Below are positions 9,938 to 17,365 of a DNA stretch of 33,676 nucleotides, in pieces. This stretch comes from a virus (lineage: Duplodnaviria > Caudoviricetes), in the IMG/VR virus record IMGVR_UViG_3300032257_000075, positions 1 through 33,676 of that record. One strand, given 5' to 3'. Within the stretch, counting starts at the first letter, position 1. Each line of letters opens with the position of its first letter. The notes below the pieces were generated by a model that was given only the letters and a program-made list of their open reading frames with translations, did not search any database and was not told the DNA's origin. The position numbers were made by a program, and so were the translations under genes.

Positions 9938-10134
9938 CTGTTACTCTTTAAAAAATCTTCTATCATTCTTGCATCATCTATAGACATTTTTCCACTTGGT
10001 GTTACACGTTTATTATACTTTTCAGTGTGGCATTTCTTACATATTGATCTAATACCACTATGACTAGATTTATTAACAACAAATTCGTGTACTTTTTTTG
10101 TTTTTTTACAATGTATACATTCTTTTAGCTTCAT
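9934..10134 (-). CDS. Zinc-ribbon protein (one unit)
   Basis: KECIHCKKTK..EF...GIRSICKKC; AGGAGG RBS. Confidence 0.75.
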   Translation of the reverse strand: MKLKECIHCKKTKKVHEFVVNKSSHSGIRSICKKCHTEKYNKRVTPSGKMSIDDARMIEDFLKSNR

Positions 10135-10152
10135 CTTTCAACCTCCTACAGT

Positions 10153-10284
10153 TTACTTACTATTATCTAACCATAATTGCAATAGTGCTTTAATGGTAAT
10201 GCCTTTTTTTAATGCTTCCATCTTAATATCTTTATGTAGTTTTGAACTTACTACAAGGTGTTTTTCATCTTTATTAATTGCCAT
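10153..10284 (-). CDS. Ribbon-helix-helix (Arc/CopG/ParG-like) regulator, 43 aa; not in ORF track
   Basis: MAINKDEKHLVVSSKLHKDIKMEALKKGITIKALLQLWLDNSK: beta strand, helix, G-x-T turn, helix; GAAAGGT RBS. Confidence 0.7.
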   Translation of the reverse strand: MAINKDEKHLVVSSKLHKDIKMEALKKGITIKALLQLWLDNSK

Positions 10285-10317
10285 TTATATATACCTTTCA
10301 TATTTAATTTATGTAGT

Positions 10318-10340
10318 ATTGTAACCTTAGTTACCTTAAG
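10318..10340 (-). promoter_or_regulatory. Promoter/operator motif copy 1 (leftward)
   Basis: Minus strand reads CTTAAGGTAACTAAGGTTACAAT, ending in -10-like TACAAT. Confidence 0.7.
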
Positions 10341-10396
10341 AAAGTATAAAGGTAAGTCGCGTTACAATACACCATCAACCAATTAGGAGGTATGAT

Positions 10397-10465
10397 ATGA
10401 GTAAAGATAAAGAAATGACAGCGAGTGAGCTGTTTATGTATCACTTTGGAGGTGCTTCATGTTAG
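10397..10465 (+). CDS. 22-aa leader ORF
   Basis: MSKDKEMTASELFMYHFGGASC; AGGAGG RBS; overlaps start of the annealase gene. Confidence 0.45.
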   Translation: MSKDKEMTASELFMYHFGGASC

Positions 10466-11181
10466 ATAAACAAAGAGAGTTATTAGTAAGACCATTTAAA
10501 GAAAATGAAGTAGAGTGGCGAATACAATCATCAGGTGCTAGTGCTGATGGTAAAGTATGGGCGTTAGCTTTATGTTATGTAACCAATAGAGCTATTATGA
10601 ATAGACTTGATGAAGTTTTCGGTATAGGAGGTTGGCAGAATGAGTTTAAGCCTACTCCAATGATGGGCGGTACTCTTTGTGGTATCAGTGTTAAGTTCGA
10701 TGGCGAATGGGTTACTAAATGGGACGGGTCAGAAGATACAGCAGTAGAAGCTACCAAGGGCGGTCTTAGCTCATCTATGAAACGTACAGCAGTACAATGG
10801 GGGATAGGTCGTTATCTATACTCTTTAGATGTTTCGTTTGTTCAAAACTTTGATAAAAAAACAGCAACATCTATTAAAGCTTTTATTGCAGGGAATAGTA
10901 AATCTAACTACTGTAAACAAAATATTACTTTTCACTGGGAGTTACCACAGCTACCAAACTTTGCTTTGCCTATTGAACACTCACAGCTTAAAGTTATCAG
11001 AGAAACAGCTTTAGCTACTGGGTCACATATTGAGGACGTAGAAGCGTTCTATGAAGTAACAAGCCTTGCAAACTTAACTAAAGAAGATGGTGTTACAATT
11101 ATCCAACAGTTAAGCAAAAAGCCAAAGCTAGATGAAGAAGCGTTAGAGTTATTTAAAAAAGAACTTGAAAAGGATAAATAG
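10459..11181 (+). CDS. Rad52/Rad22-family (Sak-like) single-strand annealing protein
   Basis: YVTNRAIMNRLDEVFG..GWQNEF, KWDG, EATKGGLSSSMKRTAVQWGIGRYLY. Confidence 0.9.
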   Translation: MLDKQRELLVRPFKENEVEWRIQSSGASADGKVWALALCYVTNRAIMNRLDEVFGIGGWQNEFKPTPMMGGTLCGISVKFDGEWVTKWDGSEDTAVEATKGGLSSSMKRTAVQWGIGRYLYSLDVSFVQNFDKKTATSIKAFIAGNSKSNYCKQNITFHWELPQLPNFALPIEHSQLKVIRETALATGSHIEDVEAFYEVTSLANLTKEDGVTIIQQLSKKPKLDEEALELFKKELEKDK

Positions 11182-11691
11182 ATGAATACTTTTGAGATCA
11201 CAAAACAATTAGCAGAAATCAGAGCAGTTGCAGAGTTAGAACAGTTTGACGAAGAAACAGGGGAACTGATTGATAACTCAGCAGAATTAAAAGAGAGCTT
11301 AGATGCTCTTGGTGCTAAACGCGATACAAAGTTAAAAGGTATCGAGTATATTAAGCGTGAATACATCTCTATTAACAGCACGATAGATGATGAGATCAAA
11401 CGTCTTAAAGAACGTAAAGCTAAGTTTGTTAAAAAAGTTGATAGTCTATCAGGCTTACAAGAATATCTATTAGGTGGCGAAAAAGTAGAAACTGATCTAT
11501 TTACTTTTAGCTTTAGAAAGTCAACAAGCGTTAACGTAGATGATGTTGAGTTAGCTACTTTAAAAGGTAAGTTTGTAGATGAGAAAACAACATGGACTAT
11601 TAAGAAAGCAGAAATTAAAAAAGCTATTAAAGATGGTGAAGTAGTAGAAGGTGCTTACTTAGAAGATAAATATAATCTACAGGTAAAGTAA
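11182..11691 (+). CDS. Siphovirus Gp157-family protein
   Basis: DEETGE, coiled coil, FTFSFRKSTSV, KAEIKKAIKDGEVVEGAYL. Confidence 0.85.
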   Translation: MNTFEITKQLAEIRAVAELEQFDEETGELIDNSAELKESLDALGAKRDTKLKGIEYIKREYISINSTIDDEIKRLKERKAKFVKKVDSLSGLQEYLLGGEKVETDLFTFSFRKSTSVNVDDVELATLKGKFVDEKTTWTIKKAEIKKAIKDGEVVEGAYLEDKYNLQVK

Positions 11692-12038
11692 TGGATACTA
11701 GAAGCCTAAACCAACTAAGTTTATACCATGCTTACTTAAAACAACTATGGGAGCATGGCACAATAAAAATAGACTTAATAACACACGTTTGGGAGGGAGA
11801 TTTAAAACAGTACGTAATAGAAAATTATAAGCATTTAGAAACAAATGCAGAACACAAAAGCGTAGGTAGGTATCTATTAAAGATGATGGATACAGAACTA
11901 CCAACACGTAACCCGATCACAAGTTCTAACATGAATAAAAATCATTTTGATAAAGCGTTCATGGAAGATTTAACACAGCATATAAGTTTCTTACGAGAAC
12001 AGCTTATATACAATAATATTGAACCGTATAACGGATAA
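11691..12038 (+). CDS. Hypothetical protein, possibly NinB-like
   Basis: N-terminal TRSLNQLSLYHAYL resembles the NinB RS..QN.L.HA motif; recombination-module context. Confidence 0.4.
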   Translation: MDTRSLNQLSLYHAYLKQLWEHGTIKIDLITHVWEGDLKQYVIENYKHLETNAEHKSVGRYLLKMMDTELPTRNPITSSNMNKNHFDKAFMEDLTQHISFLREQLIYNNIEPYNG

Positions 12039-12210
12039 GGAAAAGAAGATGATTACATGGAGTTTATGGGTAGTTTTAGTATGGTGGGCAAAACTTAGTG
12101 CTGATTTGCTTAGTGCTTATTTTAGTTGTAAAGATATTAATGTAAGCAATACTTTAGTAAATATAGTTGTTGTACCTGCCCCATTTATATTGTTAGATTA
12201 TTTAATTTAA
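12019..12210 (+). CDS. Small membrane protein (start may be ATG 12049)
   Basis: Two hydrophobic stretches; AAGGA upstream of 12049. Confidence 0.5.
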   Translation: MNRITDKEKKMITWSLWVVLVWWAKLSADLLSAYFSCKDINVSNTLVNIVVVPAPFILLDYLI

Positions 12211-12219
12211 AGGGAACCA

Positions 12220-12366
12220 ATGTTCGGATACATAGACAAAGAACAAAACACTTACACGTTCGATACACTTAAAAGAGCTATCGACACTAAAGCAAGTTGT
12301 AACCAATGTAGTACAATTATGTACAAACCAACACTAGCAGAATTGTTAGTTATTTTAAAAGGGTAA
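12220..12366 (+). CDS. Hypothetical 48-aa protein; not in ORF track
   Basis: AAGGGA RBS, fills the gap before ssb, contains CNQC. Confidence 0.55.
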   Translation: MFGYIDKEQNTYTFDTLKRAIDTKASCNQCSTIMYKPTLAELLVILKG

Positions 12367-12368
12367 AA

Positions 12369-12818
12369 ATGTTAGCTAAAGTAAATGGTCTATTTAGACT
12401 CACAAGAGATGCGGAACTTATTTATGGCAATAGTGGTACAGCTATTTTAAAACTAGGATTAGCGTGTAGCGAGAAGTTTAAAGACAAAGAAACACAACTA
12501 TTTTTAGATGCTGTAGCATTTGGAAAGGCAGCGGAGATATTAAATCAACACGCTGGGTCTAAAGGTACTCAACTATTTCTAAGTGGTAAACTTGAAACGC
12601 AATCATGGCAAGATCAACAAGGACAAAAGAAGTCAAAAGTATCTATGACTATCGAAAGCTTTGAATTTGTAGGTGGCAAGAATCAGAACCAACAACCAAC
12701 AGCACAACCACAACAAAACTATCAAGAGTTGTCACAACCAACACCAACCGAACAAGGTCAAGGTCAGCAAGGGTTACCACCTATGTATGATGCAGAGATG
12801 GAAAATATTCCTTTCTGA
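12369..12818 (+). CDS. ssb: Single-stranded DNA-binding protein
   Basis: RLTRDAEL, VAFGKAAE, GKLETQSWQDQQGQKKSK, acidic C-terminal NIPF. Confidence 0.95.
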   Translation: MLAKVNGLFRLTRDAELIYGNSGTAILKLGLACSEKFKDKETQLFLDAVAFGKAAEILNQHAGSKGTQLFLSGKLETQSWQDQQGQKKSKVSMTIESFEFVGGKNQNQQPTAQPQQNYQELSQPTPTEQGQGQQGLPPMYDAEMENIPF

Positions 12819-12853
12819 TTTGCATTTAAATATAAATAAGGTATAATGTATCT

Positions 12854-12960
12854 AAGGTTTCATAGCTACTCCAGACAAAAGACTGAGGTATACTAAAAAC
12901 CCCACTCCTTTATAACCTCCTATAGAATTTATCGCCTTGCATATACAGGGCGATTCTTTA
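12854..12960 (+). ncRNA. Candidate anti-Shine-Dalgarno small RNA
   Basis: TATAAT at 12842-12847; three CTCC motifs; terminator-like hairpin at 12931-12954; no plausible ORF. Confidence 0.5.
12931..12960 (+). terminator. Rho-independent terminator-like hairpin
   Basis: ATCGCCTTG-catata-CAGGGCGAT followed by TCTTTA. Confidence 0.6.
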
Positions 12961-13102
12961 AGAGTAGATAATTACTTTAAGGTGTCTAAGCCATTGGGGA
13001 ACTTTCCCCTCTCATTAGGTAGCTTAAAGTAACTATATTTTAGTACGAATGACTTAGACACCATTCCTTATACTTTAAATTAAAATTGTCGAAAGTAATG
13101 CG

Positions 13103-13318
13103 ATGAGTAACACACCACAAACAAAACGTATCCTAGAGGACTTACTGGCAGGTATACACGTTAACATGCTAGAAAACGTACAACGCTATGGAACTTCATG
13201 CCGTAGCCGTATAAGCGAACTAAGAGCAGCAGGTTATCCAATACAGGATAAATACATAGATAAGTACAAGGTTTACTTTTTACCTAATACTTATTTAGAA
13301 TCATTGAAGGGGAAGTGA
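13103..13318 (+). CDS. Winged helix-turn-helix protein
   Basis: QTKRILEDLLAG...RYG...SRISELRAAGYPI pattern typical of small phage HTH proteins. Confidence 0.75.
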   Translation: MSNTPQTKRILEDLLAGIHVNMLENVQRYGTSCRSRISELRAAGYPIQDKYIDKYKVYFLPNTYLESLKGK

Positions 13319-13521
13319 TGGTAGAGTTTATGGAAAATGGAAATGGAGAGTTTAAGACAACAGTTTCAAAAGGTAACGCTACTAATATATCAAGTATGTT
13401 AAAAGAAAAAGGATTTAAAATAGAATATGATTTTAGTGTTCAATCTTATGGTGGTAATACTGAAGTAATCTTTTATAATATTGAATGTAAAAAAGTATGT
13501 GAGGAAGTAGTGAATGCCTAA
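13315..13521 (+). CDS. Hypothetical protein
   Basis: 68-aa ORF coupled to both neighbours. Confidence 0.55.
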   Translation: MMVEFMENGNGEFKTTVSKGNATNISSMLKEKGFKIEYDFSVQSYGGNTEVIFYNIECKKVCEEVVNA

Positions 13522-14131
13522 AAAGATTATATTGCACCTTTGTGCAGACTTAGGTAGTGATAGCAGATACTACCAACTAGATAATGATTACGAAGTTATT
13601 ATGATTGGTGAAGAAATAGGTGTAGAAAATTACATACCACCTGATAACGTGCATGGGGTTATTGCTAACCCTGTATGTACTGAATTTTCAACTGCTAAAT
13701 GCTTTACTCATGTAGGTGACTTAGAAAAAGGTATGGAATTAGTTAATCATTGTATGAGAATAATTAAAGAGTGTAACCCTGAATGGTGGGTAATAGAAAA
13801 CCCTGCTACTGGTAGATTAAAAGAAAAAATAGGGAAACCGAAAGCTACATATCAGCCATACGACTATGGAAGCCCTTGGACTAAAAAAACAGCATTATGG
13901 GGAGAGTTCAAAATGCCAAATAAAACTCATACATGGGAAACGTGCAAGAAGATAGATGAACTTTATATAAGACCAGGGCGAAAAAAACCAGGTTTAGTTT
14001 ATCTTCATAAGTCAGCTGCGGAGTTGATACCAGAGTTTGAATTTGCAAGAGAGTACATAAAATGTGATGCAGATATAAGATCAATGTGTAGTCAAGGTTT
14101 TGCTAAAGCATTTTACGAAGAAAACAAATAA
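13514..14131 (+). CDS. Minimal C5 cytosine DNA methyltransferase-like protein
   Basis: Motif I variant ILHLCADLGS, motif IV ANPVCTEFS, motif VI IENP. Confidence 0.7.
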   Translation: MPKKIILHLCADLGSDSRYYQLDNDYEVIMIGEEIGVENYIPPDNVHGVIANPVCTEFSTAKCFTHVGDLEKGMELVNHCMRIIKECNPEWWVIENPATGRLKEKIGKPKATYQPYDYGSPWTKKTALWGEFKMPNKTHTWETCKKIDELYIRPGRKKPGLVYLHKSAAELIPEFEFAREYIKCDADIRSMCSQGFAKAFYEENK

Positions 14132-14222
14132 CCTTAAGCTATTATACTTCTTTAATGAGGTATAATACTTACAAGGTAAATGCTTGAGTAAGATTATGTT
14201 AGCGACATAACGCCTTGTTTAC

Positions 14223-14334
14223 GAGCAATTAATAAAGTCCTCTTTGGTGCAACTACTGGCGTGGCATCGCCTTAGAGAGCTTTATTAAGTGCTTAATGTT
14301 ATAAGTCCACGCCAACTTCTTATAACCTCCACTT
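14223..14334 (+). promoter_or_regulatory. Structured leader (two hairpins with complementary loop regions) upstream of replication initiator
   Basis: TGGCGTGG (14257-14264) is complementary to CCACGCCA (14307-14314); TATAAT at 14161-14166. Confidence 0.6.
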
Positions 14335-14373
14335 TAACACTTAAAATCAAACACTGGCAACGAAAGATTTATT

Positions 14374-15048
14374 ATGGCTGAACGTAGAATGTTCTCTAAG
14401 AAGATTACTGAAAGTGCAAGGTTTATTAAAATGCCTACTGATACACAGGCTTTATACTTCCATTTAGGAATAAGAGCAGATGATGATGGCATAGTAGAAG
14501 CTTTTACTGTTATGAGGCTTGTAGGTGCTACAGAAGATAGCCTAAAACTATTAGCAGCTAAAAACTTTGTACGTGTTTTAAATGATGATCTAGTTACTCA
14601 TATAACAGACTGGAACGAACATAATCTTATAAGAGCTGATAGAAAAGTAGATAGTATTTATAAAGGGTTACTTTTAGAAGTTGTCCCAGAAATAGAGCTT
14701 GTAGAGCCTAAGCAAAGGGCAGATAGAAGTGGGACGTCCCAAGGACAACCAAAGGACTGCATAGGTAAGGGTAGGGTAGGTAAGGATAAGTTAGTAGAGT
14801 ATAAGTTTAGCTTCTCACTAAAACAATCTATGCAATATGATTCTCTATCACAAGAATATAGAACTAATCTACATAACTATATACTAAACAAAAATAGTTT
14901 ATTAGCAGAACACTTTTATAACCATCACAGAAGCAAAGGCTCTAAATACAAAAACTGGTCTTTGGCTTTTAATACATGGTGCTTAAATGATGCTAAGTTT
15001 AATCCTAAACAAAATGATAGTAAAAACTGGGAAATGCCAGTACAATGA
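14374..15048 (+). CDS. Phage replication initiator / replisome organiser
   Basis: MAERRMFSKKI..S..F..MP...QALYFHL...ADDDG N-terminal domain; GKGRVGKDK linker; followed by helicase genes. Confidence 0.85.
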   Translation: MAERRMFSKKITESARFIKMPTDTQALYFHLGIRADDDGIVEAFTVMRLVGATEDSLKLLAAKNFVRVLNDDLVTHITDWNEHNLIRADRKVDSIYKGLLLEVVPEIELVEPKQRADRSGTSQGQPKDCIGKGRVGKDKLVEYKFSFSLKQSMQYDSLSQEYRTNLHNYILNKNSLLAEHFYNHHRSKGSKYKNWSLAFNTWCLNDAKFNPKQNDSKNWEMPVQ

Positions 15049-15365
15049 AAGCAGATATTGAACGCTCACTAATAGCTACTCTTTTAAATGGCGATAAAGA
15101 GCTTTTAAACAGCCTAGAACTTAAAGAAGAACTATTCAGCGTACATTTGCATAAGTTGATAATAAAATGCGTCCAATGGCTTCTATCGAAAGATAAAGGT
15201 ATAACAGACGAAATAGTATTTTATTACATATCAAAGAACAATCAAATAGATGTAAATGAATGGTTTAGGATAGTTGGGTGTAATCCGTTTGCATCTAAGA
15301 ACATAGTTGATGAATATATGAATATTTTAAAAGAAGCAGGAAAAGGTAGAATAGATGAAATATGA
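15045..15365 (+). CDS. DnaB helicase N-terminal-like domain protein
   Basis: IERSLIATLL...L..ELFS..LHKLI.K matches the DnaB N-terminal pattern. Confidence 0.65.
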   Translation: MKADIERSLIATLLNGDKELLNSLELKEELFSVHLHKLIIKCVQWLLSKDKGITDEIVFYYISKNNQIDVNEWFRIVGCNPFASKNIVDEYMNILKEAGKGRIDEI

Positions 15366-16293
15366 AGATTTAAAAGATAAACAAACAAGACTAGTAAACG
15401 AAATAGATCAAGCAGCTAGAAACAATAACAACAATGAGAAGATAAGATTAAAAAGGCTTCTCTACTTAAATAAGATAGATATGATTGACGCTATCGATCA
15501 AGAAGATAAAGACAGATTGTTTCTTACTGGACTAGAGTTACACCATGAAGTAGAAAATATGCCTAACGTTCCAAGATATGCTACTGGTATTAAAGTTTTA
15601 GATGAAGCTTTTAGAGATGGAATTGAAGTCGGAACGTTTTTACAACTAGTTGGCGAAAGTGGTGTGGGGAAAAGTCACTTAATGTTTGAACTTATCGCAA
15701 ATGTATCTAAACACAAAGAAGTAGCATTTTTTAGTTTTGAAATGGGTAAGCGTAGAACCGATGATAGAATGTATAAAAAAGTCAGAGATGAGAAACAGCT
15801 AACTAACTGGAAAATAGATTTTTTCAGTAGAAACATAACCGACCTTGTAAATGAGATAAAGCTATTTGCTAGAGATGGGATAAAGTTTTTTGTAATTGAT
15901 TCTATGATGAAGATTGAAACAGATGAAAGTAAAGACCTTGTAGCTCACCAAAGAGTTATATCTCATGAACTATCAAAGGTATCACAAGAGAGAGATATTA
16001 TTGTTTGTCTTATTAACCAGATGAACAAATCAGATATTAAAGATGGTCGCATGGATATTAAAGGTGCAGGAGATCAAGAGTATGACTCAGATATTTTACT
16101 GTTCTATCGTAAAGACGCAGAAGGCAAAAGACAGCTTGTATGTAAAAAGAATCGCCAAGATGAAATACTTTTTGTTTTAAATGTAAAGTTAGATAACGAT
16201 GGAAATACAGTAGACGAAAATGAAATAGTGCCTCACTACCAACAAATAAAAGAAACAGTAGTAGAACACGTATCTATGCCAAAGGTGGGATGA
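15355..16293 (+). CDS. DnaB-like replicative helicase (RecA-fold ATPase domain)
   Basis: TGI..LD, Walker A GESGVGKS, FFSFEM, Walker B FVIDS, INQ, EYDSD, KNR. Confidence 0.85.
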   Translation: MKYEDLKDKQTRLVNEIDQAARNNNNNEKIRLKRLLYLNKIDMIDAIDQEDKDRLFLTGLELHHEVENMPNVPRYATGIKVLDEAFRDGIEVGTFLQLVGESGVGKSHLMFELIANVSKHKEVAFFSFEMGKRRTDDRMYKKVRDEKQLTNWKIDFFSRNITDLVNEIKLFARDGIKFFVIDSMMKIETDESKDLVAHQRVISHELSKVSQERDIIVCLINQMNKSDIKDGRMDIKGAGDQEYDSDILLFYRKDAEGKRQLVCKKNRQDEILFVLNVKLDNDGNTVDENEIVPHYQQIKETVVEHVSMPKVG

Positions 16294-16964
16294 TGAAAGT
16301 ATTAGAATTATTTGCAGGTAGTCGATCAATAGGAAACATGGCAGAAAGTTTAGGGTGTGAAGTCTTTAGTGTTGATTGGGGAAACTTTGAGGGTATTGAC
16401 TTATCAATAGACATTGGAGATTTAAAAATAAGTGATGTTCCATTCGTGCCTGATATTGTTTGGGCTTCTCCTGATTGTACAACTTACTCTATTGCTGCTA
16501 TAAGCACTCACAGAAATAAAGAAGATAGGAGTGGCAAGACCGAGTACGCAAAGAAGTGTGATATTGTAAATCAACATTGGCTAAAGCTCATCGATCAATG
16601 GCTAGAATTAAACCCTAATATGGTTTATTACATAGAAAACCCAAGAGGTGGATTAAGAAAGATGCCATTCATGCAAGAGTTACCCATAAGACATACTGTT
16701 TGGTATTGTCAGTATGGAGACACTAGGGCAAAGCCGACTGATATTTGGACTAACAATAAAGCATGGGTACCCAGAAAAGAGTGTCACAATTTCAGGAATG
16801 ATATTAAACATTGTCACCACGAATCAGCACCAAGAGGAAGTAGAACAGGCACACAAGGGCTAAAAGGTTCATATAATAGAAGCAAGATACCAAGCGAACT
16901 TTGCAGAGAAGTATTAACAGCAGACATAAATGCTACAAATAAAGACCAACAAAGCTTATTTTAA
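16290..16964 (+). CDS. Minimal C5 cytosine DNA methyltransferase
   Basis: KVLELFAGSRS, WASPDCTTYS, IENP, YCQYG...KPTDIW. Confidence 0.8.
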   Translation: MMKVLELFAGSRSIGNMAESLGCEVFSVDWGNFEGIDLSIDIGDLKISDVPFVPDIVWASPDCTTYSIAAISTHRNKEDRSGKTEYAKKCDIVNQHWLKLIDQWLELNPNMVYYIENPRGGLRKMPFMQELPIRHTVWYCQYGDTRAKPTDIWTNNKAWVPRKECHNFRNDIKHCHHESAPRGSRTGTQGLKGSYNRSKIPSELCREVLTADINATNKDQQSLF

Positions 16965-16977
16965 CATCAAAGCTTAA

Positions 16978-17000
16978 CTTAAGGTAACTAAGGTTATCAT
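16978..17000 (+). promoter_or_regulatory. Promoter/operator motif copy 2
   Basis: CTTAAGGTAACTAAGGTTATCAT; first 19 bp identical to copy 1. Confidence 0.7.
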
Positions 17001-17029
17001 TGTTTATCTAGACTGTAGGAGGTTACAAG

Positions 17030-17365
17030 ATGAGTAATGAAGCAGCATTAAGAATATACGAAGAAAACCAAGCGTTTGCTTTAGAGTGTGATAACTTTAA
17101 ATTTTCACTGATCGAAAATGAAATGGCTTTACAAATCGATAAGCTAGGACGAACAAACGAAGCATACAACGCAGTATATAAGCTAGACACAAACCATAAA
17201 GCGTTAGAAGACTTACTATGTGATGGTGGCGGTCTACTAGATGAAATCATCACAGCGTTTAACATGAGTCCAATCGACTTTAAAGACAGATGCTATGAGT
17301 TAATTACTAAAGAGATTGATGGTGAGTTTTTAAAAGCAATCATAGAGGATGGGTATTTATCATGA
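17030..17365 (+). CDS. Hypothetical acidic protein
   Basis: AGGAGG RBS; 111 aa. Confidence 0.7.
   Translation: MSNEAALRIYEENQAFALECDNFKFSLIENEMALQIDKLGRTNEAYNAVYKLDTNHKALEDLLCDGGGLLDEIITAFNMSPIDFKDRCYELITKEIDGEFLKAIIEDGYLS

Noticed and set aside
12860-12925. Minus-strand reading with three GGA motifs as a CsrA-sponge RNA
   Set aside because: The -10 element and U-rich terminator tail both point to plus-strand transcription; no minus-strand promoter seen
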